A stretch of 64,000 nucleotides of DNA from Acidobacteriota bacterium (GCA_019244185.1 JAFATB010000006.1:320001-384000); one strand, 5' to 3'. Positions 1 through 9,571 are shown, counted from the first letter of the stretch. Numbers and translations: made by a program. Notes: a model not told the origin generated them from the letters alone.

Positions 1-1226
1 AACGCGATGCGGAACACGTCGCCGTCGCCGAGGTGCTCGGCGGTCGTCTCGCCGATCTCCAGCACGCCGAGACCGGTGTCCTGCATGCCGAACGCGACGC
101 GTCCGCTGCGATGGATGTCGAACGCGTAGATCTGCGCATTGACGAGTCCCATCGTGAGGTGCTGCCAGGCGATGTGCGGCGCGGTGATGTCGTCGGTGCG
201 GTAGATGCCGCCGTCGCCCCAGACGAAGACGCGGCGGTTCGTCGTGCCGTCGAACGCGGGATCGGCGGCCACGCCGTGCACGTCCGCATGCGGCTCCTGA
301 TTGAGGCCGTCGGCACCGTACGCCGCCTCGCTCGTTCTTCCGCCGTCGAGGCTGCGCCCGAGCACGATTGCACCGGTGACGATCACGTCGCGCGGCGCGA
401 CGAGCAGCGCGGCCACGCGCAGCGTGTAGCCGTACGTCGGCGTGGTGCCGAGGAGCGTGAAGCTCGCGCCGTCGTCATCGGAGCGCAGCAGTTTCTCATC
501 GAGCGTGCCGGTGCGCGTCGCATACGCCACGATCGACGTGCTGCCCGGAACGTATTCGAGCGCGAGACCGTCGATTTCCGCGTCGAGCCCGCCGGTGGAG
601 GTCCACGTCTCGCCGCCGTCTTTCGTCACGAGACCGCCGACGTGACCGCTGCTGGTGCCGACGGCCGCGACCGCGCGCAGCGGATCGCTCGGATGAAACC
701 GTACTTTCGTGAAATAGGTCGTGTTGTCGACGATGTAGTGCTGCCACGTCGCGCCGCCGTCGCGCGAGAGCTCGATGCCGCTGAGGCGCGCGACGAGCAC
801 GCGCGATCCGTCGGCGGAAACCGCGACGGAGAACACCTGCCACCCCGCCGTCGCGGGCAGCAGCGTCCAGGTCGCGCCGCGGTCGTCGCTGCGAAAGAGT
901 CCGCGCGGCGACACGTAGCCGCCCGCGTACAACACGTCGTGGTGCACCGGATCGCGCTCGAGGCAGCTGACGTTCAGCCCGTCGAACGCCGCGAGCGACC
1001 ACGTCGCGCCGGCGTCGCCGCTCGCCCAGATTCCGCCGGCGGTTGCGGCGAGATATCGGTTCGCGTCGTCGGGATCGAAGACGAACGCGTTGACGACGCC
1101 GCTCAGGTCCGACGGCCCGCGCGACACCCACGCGTGTCCCGAAAACGGCGACGACGCTGCATCGAGATGCAGCGTCGTCAGCGTGAGCACCGCCGTTACG
1201 ACCACAACGTGCAGCGCGCGCGTCAT
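1..1226 (-). CDS. Secreted BNR/Asp-box (sialidase-like beta-propeller) repeat protein, 3' end runs off the window
   Basis: Not in the ORF track because it has no stop in the window. Manual translation from ATG at 1226: MTRALHVVVVTAVLTLTTLHLDAASS (signal peptide), then repeated Asp-boxes SGDAGATW, SDDRGATW, SRDGGATW, TKDGGETW, SDDDGASF and HADVH. Confidence 0.8.
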   Translation of the reverse strand, partial: MTRALHVVVVTAVLTLTTLHLDAASSPFSGHAWVSRGPSDLSGVVNAFVFDPDDANRYLAATAGGIWASGDAGATWSLAAFDGLNVSCLERDPVHHDVLYAGGYVSPRGLFRSDDRGATWTLLPATAGWQVFSVAVSADGSRVLVARLSGIELSRDGGATWQHYIVDNTTYFTKVRFHPSDPLRAVAAVGTSSGHVGGLVTKDGGETWTSTGGLDAEIDGLALEYVPGSTSIVAYATRTGTLDEKLLRSDDDGASFTLLGTTPTYGYTLRVAALLVAPRDVIVTGAIVLGRSLDGGRTSEAAYGADGLNQEPHADVHGVAADPAFDGTTNRRVFVWGDGGIYRTDDITAPHIAWQHLTMGLVNAQIYAFDIHRSGRVAFGMQDTGLGVLEIGETTAEHLGDGDVFRIA

Positions 1227-1236
1227 GGGAGTGGCG

Positions 1237-1824
1237 TCAGTCGCGCTTCGCGATCACCTGATCGACGAGGCCGTACTCCTGCGCCTGCGGCGCCTGCAGG
1301 ATGTAGTCGCGGTCCGTGTCCTTGTCGATCTTCTCGATCGGCTGGCCGGTGTGGTTGGCGAGGATGGAGTTGAGGCGCGCCTTCATCTGCATGATGTCGC
1401 GCGCGTGGATGTCGATCTCGGTGGCTTGTCCGCCGAGGCCGTGCATGAGCGGCTGGTGGATGAGGACGCGCGAGTTCGGGAGGCAGTAGCGCTTCCCCTT
1501 CGTGCCGCACGCGAGCAGCACCGCGGCCATCGACGCCGCCTGACCGATGCAGATCGTGGCGATGTCGGGCTTCACGTATTGCATGGTGTCGTAAATCGCG
1601 AGGCCGGCCGTGATGGAGCCGCCCGGCGAGTTGATGTAGATCGAGATGTCCTTCTCCGGGTTCTCGGCCTCGAGGAAGAGCAGCTGCGCGATGATGAGGT
1701 TGGAGACGTTGTCGTCGATCGGCTGGCCGAGGAAAATGACGTTGTCTTTGAGGAGGCGCGAGTAGATGTCGTACGCGCGTTCGCCGCGCGACGTCTGCTC
1801 GACCACCATCGGGATGAGGACCAT
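1237..1824 (-). CDS. clpP: ATP-dependent Clp protease proteolytic subunit
   Basis: [38 protein letters not shown] (catalytic Ser), IHQP. SD AAGGAG upstream of ATG 1824. Confidence 0.98.
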   Translation of the reverse strand: MVLIPMVVEQTSRGERAYDIYSRLLKDNVIFLGQPIDDNVSNLIIAQLLFLEAENPEKDISIYINSPGGSITAGLAIYDTMQYVKPDIATICIGQAASMAAVLLACGTKGKRYCLPNSRVLIHQPLMHGLGGQATEIDIHARDIMQMKARLNSILANHTGQPIEKIDKDTDRDYILQAPQAQEYGLVDQVIAKRD

Positions 1825-1877
1825 GGGGATGAATCTCCTTTGCGAGAGGGATTCTATGCGAAGGGGGAGAGGGGACC

Positions 1878-1985
1878 GAAAAGCTGAATGAAGAACGCAG
1901 AACGCAGAATGAAGAATTGAGAATGAGAGACCGCGCGGGCGGGGGCTTCTCAATTCTTCGTTCTGCGTTCTTCATTCAGCTTTTC
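1878..1985. repeat. Palindromic heptamer-based dispersed repeat, copy 1
   Basis: Left arm gaaaagctgaatgaagaacgcagaacgcagaatgaagaattgagaa; right arm ttctcaattcttcgttctgcgttcttcattcagcttttc is its reverse complement minus one heptamer; GC-rich core between. Confidence 0.9.
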
Positions 1986-3255
1986 AGCGCGTCCGCGCCT
2001 CCTTCAACACCACCTCCAGCGCCCGGTCCTGCGCCATGCTCGCGCGCAGCGCCTCGTAGCCGCCGTCGTGCTTGAGGTGGTGCTTGACGTCGGCGAACTC
2101 GCGGTCCTGCTCGCGCGCCGCGCGGCGGATCTCCGCGTCGACTTCGACGTCGCTGACGGTGATGTTCTCCTTGCGCGCGATGGCCTCGAGAATCAGGCCG
2201 CGCTTGACGCGCTTGACGGCTTCCGGCCGGAACTCTTCGCCGATCTTCCGCCAGTCCATTTCTACGTTCTGTAGATCGACGCCCTGCGACGCGAGATAGC
2301 GCGCGTAGTTGTTGAGCGACTTCCCGAGCTCTTCTTCGACCAGCGCCTCCGGCACGTCGAACGGATGCGCGGACACGAGCTTCTCGCCGAGTTGATTGCG
2401 CTTGAACCGCAGCGCCTCGGCTTCGCGGTGGCGGCGGATGTCGGCTTCGATCGTCGAGCGCATCTGCTCGACGCTCTCCCAGCCGCCGACGCTGTTCGCG
2501 AACGCGGCGTCGACGTCCGGCTTCTCCTGCACGCGGATCTCTTTGAGCGTCACGTCGTGATGCACGGTCTTGCCGCGCCACGCTTCCTGATTCGCGTCTT
2601 CGCCGTATGCCTTGTCGAACGAGGCGGTGTCGCCGGCCTTCTTGCCGCGCAGCGCGTCGTGCAGCTCGGGGAGCGGCGTCTCCTCGCCCATCTTGAAGTG
2701 ACCCTGATCGGTCTTCGGCTCGATGTCTTCGCCCGACGAGGCGATCTCGATCACCGCGAAGTCGCCCTCATCGAGGCCGCGCTCGGACTCGATGCGATAG
2801 CTGCTGGCCTGATCGCGCAGGCGCTCGATCATCGACTCGACGTCGTTCTCCAGGACCTCGATCTTCGGCTCGTCGATCTCGAGGCCGCGGTACTCGCCGA
2901 GCTCGATCTGCGGCTTGACTTCGAACTTCGCCTTGAACTTCATCGGCGCGCCGTCGATGAAGGGATCGAGGTGCTCGAGCTGCGGCTCGCCGACCGGCTC
3001 GAGGCCTTTGTCGCGCACGACGTCACGGAAGCTCTGGCCGAGGACGCGCTGGACGACCTCTTCCTGAATCTCTTTCGCGAACCGCGTCCGCACCACGCTC
3101 GCCGGCACTTTGCCGGGCCGGAAGCCGGGCACCTTCGCCTGGCGGCCGAACTCGGACGTCACCTTGTTCGCCTCACGCGAGAGCAGATCGGCCGGAATTT
3201 CGACCTCGACGGACTTCTGGACGGGAGAGAGATCTTCGAAATTGAGGACTGTCAT
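1984..3255 (-). CDS. tig: Trigger factor
   Basis: Ribosome-binding signature VPGFRPGKVP, FKBP-like middle domain, 423 aa, directly upstream of clpP. Confidence 0.97.
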   Translation of the reverse strand: MTVLNFEDLSPVQKSVEVEIPADLLSREANKVTSEFGRQAKVPGFRPGKVPASVVRTRFAKEIQEEVVQRVLGQSFRDVVRDKGLEPVGEPQLEHLDPFIDGAPMKFKAKFEVKPQIELGEYRGLEIDEPKIEVLENDVESMIERLRDQASSYRIESERGLDEGDFAVIEIASSGEDIEPKTDQGHFKMGEETPLPELHDALRGKKAGDTASFDKAYGEDANQEAWRGKTVHHDVTLKEIRVQEKPDVDAAFANSVGGWESVEQMRSTIEADIRRHREAEALRFKRNQLGEKLVSAHPFDVPEALVEEELGKSLNNYARYLASQGVDLQNVEMDWRKIGEEFRPEAVKRVKRGLILEAIARKENITVSDVEVDAEIRRAAREQDREFADVKHHLKHDGGYEALRASMAQDRALEVVLKEARTR

Positions 3256-3273
3256 GGATTGGGTCTCGTTCTG

Positions 3274-3382
3274 AAAAGCTGAATGAAGAATGCAGAACGC
3301 AGAATGAAGAATTGAGAAAGCGCGCCGGTCGCCTCCTTTCTACGTTCTTCATTCTGCGTTCTGCATTCTTCATTCAGCTTTT
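3274..3382. repeat. Palindromic heptamer-based dispersed repeat, copy 2
   Basis: aaaagctgaatgaagaatgcagaacgcagaatgaagaattgagaaag ... ctttctacgttcttcattctgcgttctgcattcttcattcagctttt, between tRNA-Leu and tig. Confidence 0.9.
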
Positions 3383-3388
3383 GGTCTT

Positions 3389-3474
3389 TGGTGCGAAAGG
3401 TGGGACTCGAACCCACACGGCTTTGGGCCACTGGATCCTAAGTCCAGCGCGTCTGCCAATTCCGCCACTTTCGC
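3389..3474 (-). tRNA. tRNA-Leu (anticodon TAG)
   Basis: Reverse complement gcgaaagtggcggaattggcagacgcgctggacTTAGgatccagtggcccaaagccgtgtgggttcgagtcccacctttcgcacca: cloverleaf with long variable arm, GTTCGA T-loop, encoded CCA. Confidence 0.96.
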
Positions 3475-3512
3475 GCGCGGGCGAGTCTATCGAATTTTTC
3501 GCGAGGAGGAGT

Positions 3513-3588
3513 TGGTGCCCCCACCAGGACTCGAACCTGGAACCAACGGATTAAGAGTCCGCTGCTCTACCAATTGAGCTATGGAGGC
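3513..3588 (-). tRNA. tRNA-Lys (anticodon CTT)
   Basis: Reverse complement gcctccatagctcaattggtagagcagcggactCTTaatccgttggttccaggttcgagtcctggtgggggcacca, 76 nt with CCA. Confidence 0.96.
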
Positions 3589-3645
3589 GCGAGAGCCCCG
3601 CGTACAACAAGCGGGAGCGCAAACTATTTCGGTTGCCGGTTCCTG

Positions 3646-4212
3646 TCAAGCCTGCGCGAGCGGCTCGTCGGTGAGGAGCTGACTGGCGCGCCGCAGATAG
3701 CCCCAACCCGAGAAAAGCGTCGTCACCACGGAGACGTGAAAGAGCACGTCCGCGAGCCGCTCCACCTGCGGAAGAAAGCCGTTCGCCGCGATCGCCGCGC
3801 CGAGCGTCGCGGCCTGCACCATCGTCGAAATCTTCCCCGCCGCCGACGGCGGAAAGCGCGTCACGCGGATGCGCGTGTAGAGCAGATACACGAACACCAC
3901 GATGAGGAAGTCGCGCGCGAACACCGTGAACGTGAGCCAGCCCGGAATGGCCACGCGCGGCAGCACGCTGCTGAACGTGTAGTAGAGAAAGCCGCAGATC
4001 ATCAGCGTCTTGTCGGCCAGCGGATCGAGCAGCGCGCCGATGCGCGAGCGCACGTTGAAGCGGCGCGCGATCGCGCCGTCGAAGATGTCCGTCACCGCCG
4101 CGGTCACGAACAGCACGAACGCGAGCGTGTACATGCGCTGCATCGACGCCACCAGAAAACAGGGGACGAGCACGAGGCGCAGCGACGTCAGAAGATTCGG
4201 GATGTGGCGCAA
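3646..4212 (-). CDS. CDP-alcohol phosphatidyltransferase (PgsA/cardiolipin synthase-like)
   Basis: IPNLLTSLRL start, motif TDIFDGAIARRFNVRSRIGALLDPLADK, several hydrophobic segments. Confidence 0.92.
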   Translation of the reverse strand: MRHIPNLLTSLRLVLVPCFLVASMQRMYTLAFVLFVTAAVTDIFDGAIARRFNVRSRIGALLDPLADKTLMICGFLYYTFSSVLPRVAIPGWLTFTVFARDFLIVVFVYLLYTRIRVTRFPPSAAGKISTMVQAATLGAAIAANGFLPQVERLADVLFHVSVVTTLFSGWGYLRRASQLLTDEPLAQA

Positions 4213-4216
4213 AGAA

Positions 4217-4897
4217 TCACAGCTCGGAACGGAACTGATCGAGTGCCGTCTTCCGCAGGTAGATGGTCTTGCCTTCCGACAGCAGCAGGTTCTGGCGCAT
4301 CAGATCGTGGATCAGCCGCGACACGGTCTCGCGCGAAGTGCCGATCATGTTCGCGATCGACTGGTGCGTCGGCCGCGTCACCGCGACGTAGCCGTTGTCG
4401 AGCACCTTCCCCTGATCCTTCGCCAGATCGAGAAAGAAGCGCGCGAGCCGGCCGTAGACGTCCATCGTCGCCAGCGACTCGATGCGGTTCGACGCGTTGC
4501 GCAGCCGCCGCGAGATCTCGGCGAGCACTTTCTTGGCGATCGAGAAGTTCTCCGCGAGGATCTGCAGGAAGTCGCTGCGCCAGATCGTCACGAGCTCGAG
4601 CGGCTCGGTGGCCATGACCGTCGCCGAGCGCGGCTCGTCGTCGAGCAGCGCCATCTCGCCGAAGAAGTCGCCCGGCCCCAGCAGCGACAGGATGATCTCC
4701 TTCCCTTCCGGCGAGATCATCGTGACCTTCACCTGCCCTTCGCGAATGAGGCAGAACACGTCGCCGCTCTCGTCCGCGTGGAACACGACGTCGTCCTTCG
4801 CGTAGCGGCGCGTCTTCGCCACGGCGGCGATCGACGCGAGCTCGCGGTCGTCGAGATCCGCGAACAGCGGGAACTTCCGAAAGAAGGAAGGCTGCAT
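4217..4897 (-). CDS. Crp/Fnr family transcriptional regulator (cNMP-binding)
   Basis: cNMP pocket FGEMALL..EPRSATV; HTH IANMIGTSRETVSRL. Confidence 0.95.
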   Translation of the reverse strand: MQPSFFRKFPLFADLDDRELASIAAVAKTRRYAKDDVVFHADESGDVFCLIREGQVKVTMISPEGKEIILSLLGPGDFFGEMALLDDEPRSATVMATEPLELVTIWRSDFLQILAENFSIAKKVLAEISRRLRNASNRIESLATMDVYGRLARFFLDLAKDQGKVLDNGYVAVTRPTHQSIANMIGTSRETVSRLIHDLMRQNLLLSEGKTIYLRKTALDQFRSEL

Positions 4898-4946
4898 CTG
4901 ACGAAGCGAATTGTAGCGTGTGTCGGCTCAGGTAGACTGAGACGCG

Positions 4947-6230
4947 GTGGCGATCAAGCGCATCATCCCGGTGTCGTCGGGGAAAGGCGGCGTCGGAAAG
5001 ACCACGTTCGCGGTCAACTTCGCGCTCGCGCTCTCGCGCCATGGCCGCACCGTGCTCGTCGATCTCGACACCGGCACGTCGGCCATCCGCAACGCCATCG
5101 ACGTCCCCATCGAACGCGACCTCTATCACTTCTTCCGCCGCGGCGAGCCGCTCGCGAACTGCATCACGCAGCTCGACGACAAGCTCGACCCGCAGCATCA
5201 GTGGCGCAACTTCGGCTTCATCGCCGGACCGCTGCATCTCATCGACGAGATCACGAACTTCGGCGCGGCGCACAAGGCGCGGCTCATCGAGGCCATCAAC
5301 ACGCTGCCCGCCGACTACGTCATCCTCGACATGCGCGCGGGTCTCGATGCGAACGTCATCGACTTCCTGCCGTTCTCGAACTCCGGCATCCTCATCTTCA
5401 CGCCGCATCTGCCGAGCGCCACGCTCGCGGCGTCCGACATCGTCAAGGCGATCCTCTTCCGCAAGCTGCGCCTCATCTTCAGCAAGGAGTCGCCGTTCTT
5501 CGCGACCGTCGACGGCGGCCTGAATTTCTGGAAGCTGATCAACGACCTCATCGACCGCGTGGAAGACGTCTACGACTCGTCCGTCGCGAACCTCGACGCG
5601 TTCGCGCTCGACCTCGCCCAGAACCTCGGCGATCACCCGATCACGCGCACCGTGCAGACGACCATCGACGAGTTCCGCGTGCATTACGTGCTCAATCTCT
5701 TCAACGGCGTCGACGATTCGTTCAACACCGCCGTCAAGCCGTTCCTCGACAATCTGACGAAGAACGTTTCCTCGCACTGCGGCGTGACGAACCTCGGCTG
5801 GGTCACGCGCAGCGCCGCCATCCACCGCGCGAACTGCAACTGCGTGCCCGCGCTCCTGTTGCCGCGCGACGCGAAGAAGGCGCCGAAGGCGAACCGCATC
5901 GCGCAGGAGCTCGAGGACCTGCGCCTCACCGCGATCGGGCTCGAGCCGCCGAAGCGGAAACAGGCGCAGACGGCGCCGTCCGCGTCGCGTGCCGCCGAGG
6001 ATCCGCTGGCGCGCCAGCTCGACGTACTGAAGGCGATGTTCGAGCAGAAGAAAGACGACGACTACTACGCGAACTTCGACTACGTCACGCAGCGCACGCT
6101 GTTCGCGATGAAGAACCGCCGGCCGAGCGAGTTGGGCGACACGCGCATCTACACGCCGCAGGAGATGCTCGCGTCGCTGTTCGCCAAATCCAACGTGCCG
6201 ACGACGATCGACTGGACCGAGCTCGAATGA
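4947..6230 (+). CDS. MinD/FlhG/ParA-family P-loop ATPase with long C-terminal extension
   Basis: Deviant Walker A SSGKGGVGKTT, VLVDLD, DYVILDMRAG; 427 aa. Confidence 0.85.
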   Translation: MAIKRIIPVSSGKGGVGKTTFAVNFALALSRHGRTVLVDLDTGTSAIRNAIDVPIERDLYHFFRRGEPLANCITQLDDKLDPQHQWRNFGFIAGPLHLIDEITNFGAAHKARLIEAINTLPADYVILDMRAGLDANVIDFLPFSNSGILIFTPHLPSATLAASDIVKAILFRKLRLIFSKESPFFATVDGGLNFWKLINDLIDRVEDVYDSSVANLDAFALDLAQNLGDHPITRTVQTTIDEFRVHYVLNLFNGVDDSFNTAVKPFLDNLTKNVSSHCGVTNLGWVTRSAAIHRANCNCVPALLLPRDAKKAPKANRIAQELEDLRLTAIGLEPPKRKQAQTAPSASRAAEDPLARQLDVLKAMFEQKKDDDYYANFDYVTQRTLFAMKNRRPSELGDTRIYTPQEMLASLFAKSNVPTTIDWTELE

Positions 6231-7801
6231 AACTGTTCCGCGCCCCGCTGTACCTCGCCGCCGTCCTCGCCCTCACCCTCAGCGCCGCCGACACGCCCGA
6301 CCTCACCATGGTCGGCCGCATCCGCGACGAGGGCTTCCGCAACTCGAAGGTGATGTCCATCGCGCAGTCGCTCACCGACACGCTCGGCGCGCGCCTCACC
6401 GGCTCGCCCAACGCGAAGCGCGCGAACGACTGGACGCGCGACAAGCTCGCCGAGTTCGGCCTCGCTAACGCGCACCTCGAGGCGTTCGACTTCGGCCGCG
6501 GCTGGACGTCCGACGCGTGCTCCGTGCGCATGGTCGCGCCCGACGTCGAACAGCTCTACGCGCTGCCGAAAGCGTGGTCGCCGGCGACAAACGGCCCCAC
6601 GCGCGGCAAGGTCGTGCACGTGAAGATCGAGACGAAGGAAGACGCCGACAAGTACAAGGGCAAAGTCGCCGGCGCGATCCTGCTCGTCGCCGACGCGCGC
6701 GAGATGAAGCCGCAGGAGAAACCGTATCTCGAGCGTTACGACGAGAAGACGCTCGCCACCGAAGGCGACTACGCGATCCCGCCGTCGCGCGACCCGCAGC
6801 GCACCAAAGACCTCATTCGCCGTCTCGAAAAGCGGAAGCTCATCGCGCAGTTCGCCACCGACGAGAAAGTCGCCGCGATCGTCGACATCGGCTCCGGCGA
6901 AGGCGGCGTCTTCCGCGTGCAGCAGGGCGGTACGTGGCGCGACGACGAGCCAATGGGACCGCCCGTCGTCGGCCTCGCGCCCGAGCAGTACAACCGCATC
7001 CTCCGCCTCGTCGACGCCGGCACGCCGGTCGAACTCGAAGTCGACGTCCGCGCCCGCTTCTTCGACGACCGCAACGCGTACAACACCGTCGCGGAGATCC
7101 CCGGCAGCGACAAAAAGAACAACGAAGTCGTCATGATGGGCGCGCACCTCGACTCGTGGCACACCGCCACCGGCGCCACGGACAACGCCGCCGGCTGCGC
7201 CGTGATCATGGAAGCCGCGCGCATCCTGAAGGCGCTCGGCGTCACACCGCGCCGCACGATCCGCGTCGCGCTCTGGACCGGCGAGGAGCAGGGACTCTTC
7301 GGCTCGCGCGCGTACGCGGCGGAACATTTCGGCAGGCTCTCCGATCCGAAGGATCCCGATCAGCTGAAGCTCCCCGCGTGGGCGCGGACCGAGCGCGGAC
7401 GCACGCTCATCGAGTCGAAGCCGGAGCTCGCGAAAGTCTCCGCGTACTTCAACGTCGACAACGGCACCGGCAAGATCCGCGGCATCTACGCGCAGGAAAA
7501 CGCCGCAGCCGCGCCGATCTTCGAGTCGTGGTTCGCGCCGCTCCGCGACCTCGGAGTCACGACGGTCACGATGCGCAACACCGGCAGCACCGATCACGTC
7601 TCGTTCGACGAGCTCGGCATCCCCGGCTTCCAGTTCATCCAGGACGACGTCGAGTACGAGACGCGCACGCACCACACGAACTGGGACACGTACGAGCGCC
7701 TGCAGCGCGACGACCTGATGCAGGCGGCGGTCGTGGTGGCGACGACGGTGTGGGAGGCGGCGAACCGTCCGGAGATGATGCCGCGCAAGCCGCTGCACTG
7801 A
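6227..7801 (+). CDS. Secreted M28/M20-family metallopeptidase (carboxypeptidase Q-like)
   Basis: Real start ATG 6227 (ATGA overlap), [21 protein letters not shown] signal; [38 protein letters not shown] motifs. Confidence 0.93.
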   Translation: MKLFRAPLYLAAVLALTLSAADTPDLTMVGRIRDEGFRNSKVMSIAQSLTDTLGARLTGSPNAKRANDWTRDKLAEFGLANAHLEAFDFGRGWTSDACSVRMVAPDVEQLYALPKAWSPATNGPTRGKVVHVKIETKEDADKYKGKVAGAILLVADAREMKPQEKPYLERYDEKTLATEGDYAIPPSRDPQRTKDLIRRLEKRKLIAQFATDEKVAAIVDIGSGEGGVFRVQQGGTWRDDEPMGPPVVGLAPEQYNRILRLVDAGTPVELEVDVRARFFDDRNAYNTVAEIPGSDKKNNEVVMMGAHLDSWHTATGATDNAAGCAVIMEAARILKALGVTPRRTIRVALWTGEEQGLFGSRAYAAEHFGRLSDPKDPDQLKLPAWARTERGRTLIESKPELAKVSAYFNVDNGTGKIRGIYAQENAAAAPIFESWFAPLRDLGVTTVTMRNTGSTDHVSFDELGIPGFQFIQDDVEYETRTHHTNWDTYERLQRDDLMQAAVVVATTVWEAANRPEMMPRKPLH

Positions 7802-7810
7802 GCTCCTGAG

Positions 7811-7859
7811 ATTCAGACTAGCGTCTGTTTGCGCTTGACATTCAGACTAACGTCTGTTT
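7811..7859 (+). promoter_or_regulatory. Promoter with two palindromic operators for the BlaI-like repressor
   Basis: Direct repeat attcagacta(g/a)cgtctgttt at 7811 and 7840; each contains palindrome CAGAC-N4-GTCTG (7814-7827, 7843-7856); a perfect TTGACA at 7835-7840 lies between them. Confidence 0.8.
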
Positions 7860-7869
7860 TCCTGCGGAC

Positions 7870-8301
7870 GTGTCCACCCGCAGACAGGCGCGGTCGAAAG
7901 ACGCTTCCCCCACGGAGCAATTGCTTCCCGAGGCGGAGATGGAGGTCCTCGCCGTGCTGCACGCGCGCGGCGAGGCCGACGCCCGCGCGATCCGCGAGGC
8001 GCTCGAGCGCTACCGCCCGATGTCGCACGCCTCGGTGCTCACGCTCCTCGGCCGCCTCGAAGCGAAGTCGCTCGTCCAGCGCCGCAAAGGCGAGGTCGGA
8101 AAAGCGTTCGTCTACTCCGCCGCCAAATCCCCGCGCCCGATGATGCGCCGCCTCCTCCGCCGCCTCGTCCAACGCATCTTCGCCGGCGACCCCGCCAGCC
8201 TGGTCGCGTCTCTCTTCGAGGCCAAGCGGCCGACCGATGAAGAGCTGAAGCAGATCCGCGCGCTGGTGGAGGAGATGGAGAAAAAGGGGAAGGGGCGATG
8301 A
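7870..8301 (+). CDS. BlaI/MecI/CopY family transcriptional repressor
   Basis: LPEAEMEVLAVL, SVLTLLGRLEAKSLV, GKAFVYSA, LVQRIFAGDPASLVASL, EELKQIRAL. Confidence 0.93.
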   Translation: MSTRRQARSKDASPTEQLLPEAEMEVLAVLHARGEADARAIREALERYRPMSHASVLTLLGRLEAKSLVQRRKGEVGKAFVYSAAKSPRPMMRRLLRRLVQRIFAGDPASLVASLFEAKRPTDEELKQIRALVEEMEKKGKGR

Positions 8302-8366
8302 GGGTGCAGGGCACGAGGAGGGCGGCGCTGCGCGAGTTGATGGAGCAGCGAGGCAACGCGCCATGA
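8298..8366 (+). CDS. Putative 22-aa translational-coupling peptide
   Basis: MRVQGTRRAALRELMEQRGNAP*; starts in an ATGA overlap with the blaI-like stop and ends in an ATGA overlap with the next ORF. Confidence 0.35.
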   Translation: MRVQGTRRAALRELMEQRGNAP

Positions 8367-8527
8367 GCGCCTCCGCGCCGATGCACACCCTCGTCTTCGC
8401 GAAGTTCGTCGACGTCGCGCATGCGTGGCGGCGGCGGACAGCGGCGACGTGCGCGCCGTTCACGATTGCGCGAACGGCGCGGCCACGACGCTCGCCACGC
8501 GTGAGGCAGCGAGGCAACGCGCGATGA
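8363..8527 (+). CDS. Putative 54-aa translational-coupling peptide (partial duplicate of the M56 gene start)
   Basis: MSASAPMHTLVF...RVRQRGNAR*; ATGA overlaps at both ends; N-terminus resembles MNASVPTHALA of the downstream gene. Confidence 0.35.
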   Translation: MSASAPMHTLVFAKFVDVAHAWRRRTAATCAPFTIARTARPRRSPRVRQRGNAR

Positions 8528-9540
8528 ACGCCTCCGTCCCGACGCACGCCCTCGCGCTCTCGTGGCTCGCCCACGTCGCGCAAGCGCTGTGGCAGGGCAC
8601 GGCGGCGGCGCTCGTGCTGCTCGCGTGCGAGCGGCTGTTACGGCGGCGGTCTCCGCGTCTGCGACACGCGCTGCTGCTGATCGCGCTCATCAAGTTCGTG
8701 CTGCCGCCGATGTTGCCGCTGCCGACCGGCGTTTTCAGCGCGGCGCCGCCCGCGCCGCGGATCCACGCGGTTCGACAGCTCGGCGCGTTGCCTTCGTGGA
8801 TCGTGCTGGCGATCGCGGTGGCGTACGGCGTCGGCGCAACGGTCGCCTTCGCGCGCGTCGCGGCGGGCGCGTGGCACCTGCATGGATTGCGGCGACGCTC
8901 CTTCGCGGCGCCGCGATGGGCCGAGGAGTTGCTCGCGGGCGTCGCGCGCGAACACGGCGTGCGTCCGCCGCGGCTCCTCGCATCGGACGAAGCGGGCGTG
9001 CCGATGACGTTCGGCGTCTTCGCTCCGGCGGTCGTGCTGCCGCGCGCGCTGCCGTCGCTGCTCGATCGCGACGCGTTGCGCGACGTCTTCGCGCACGAGT
9101 TGCTGCACGTCCGCCGCGGCGATCTGCTTCTCAATCTCGCCGGCTCGCTCATCGCCGCCGCATGGTGGTTCCATCCGCTGGTCCAGCTGATTGCTCGGCG
9201 CGCGCGAGCGTTGCGGGAGGAATGCTGCGACGACGAGCTGCTCGCCAGCGGCTTGCACGACGCCGCGGTGTACGCGCGGACGCTCGCCGCCACCGCATCG
9301 CTCCTGCGCGAGCGTCCGCCGTTCGCCGCGGCCGCGGTGGCCGAGGAGCCGCATGCGCTGCTCGCGCGGGTGCTGCGCATCGCGAACGGCGCGCATCCCA
9401 CGCGACGGCTCGGCCTCGCGGCGATCGCGATCGTCATCACCGCCGCGCTGCTGCTCCTGCCGGGACTGCGCGTCTCCTCCGACAACCACTTCGCATTCGA
9501 CCGCGCCACGCTGCGCGCGCTCGGCCTGCATCACCACTGA
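8524..9540 (+). CDS. BlaR1-like M56 family membrane metallopeptidase without a penicillin-binding sensor domain
   Basis: TM segments, PMTFGVFAPAVVLP, FAHELLHVRRGD (HExxH), WWFHPLV, REECCD. Confidence 0.9.
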   Translation: MNASVPTHALALSWLAHVAQALWQGTAAALVLLACERLLRRRSPRLRHALLLIALIKFVLPPMLPLPTGVFSAAPPAPRIHAVRQLGALPSWIVLAIAVAYGVGATVAFARVAAGAWHLHGLRRRSFAAPRWAEELLAGVAREHGVRPPRLLASDEAGVPMTFGVFAPAVVLPRALPSLLDRDALRDVFAHELLHVRRGDLLLNLAGSLIAAAWWFHPLVQLIARRARALREECCDDELLASGLHDAAVYARTLAATASLLRERPPFAAAAVAEEPHALLARVLRIANGAHPTRRLGLAAIAIVITAALLLLPGLRVSSDNHFAFDRATLRALGLHHH

Positions 9541-9571
9541 CATCGCATCGCATCAACGAGAGGAACTCGCC

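Noticed and set aside
33-1373. 446-aa plus-strand ORF and other long Arg/Ala-rich ORFs (e.g. 24250-25884 -, 38477-40744 +, 52086-55001 -, 57106-59763 -)
   Set aside because: These are shadow frames of real genes, caused by high GC and few stop codons, and contain no recognisable motifs.
3173-3373. Small MKNAERR... ORFs (also 1223-1975, 30497-30802)
   Set aside because: They are translation artefacts of the heptamer repeat arms.
3389-3588. tRNA-anchored genomic island
   Set aside because: No duplicated tRNA 3' end or adjacent integrase; the flanking genes are housekeeping.
4898-4946. CRP-binding site between crp and the ATPase gene
   Set aside because: No convincing TGTGA-N6-TCACA match.
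4010-6226. N-terminal extensions suggesting fusions (1263-aa M28 ORF, 572-aa DinB ORF 18463-20181, 896-aa crotonase ORF 35370-38060)
   Set aside because: Only the C-terminal parts are real genes, with their own coupled starts. The upstream parts overlap other genes in other frames.
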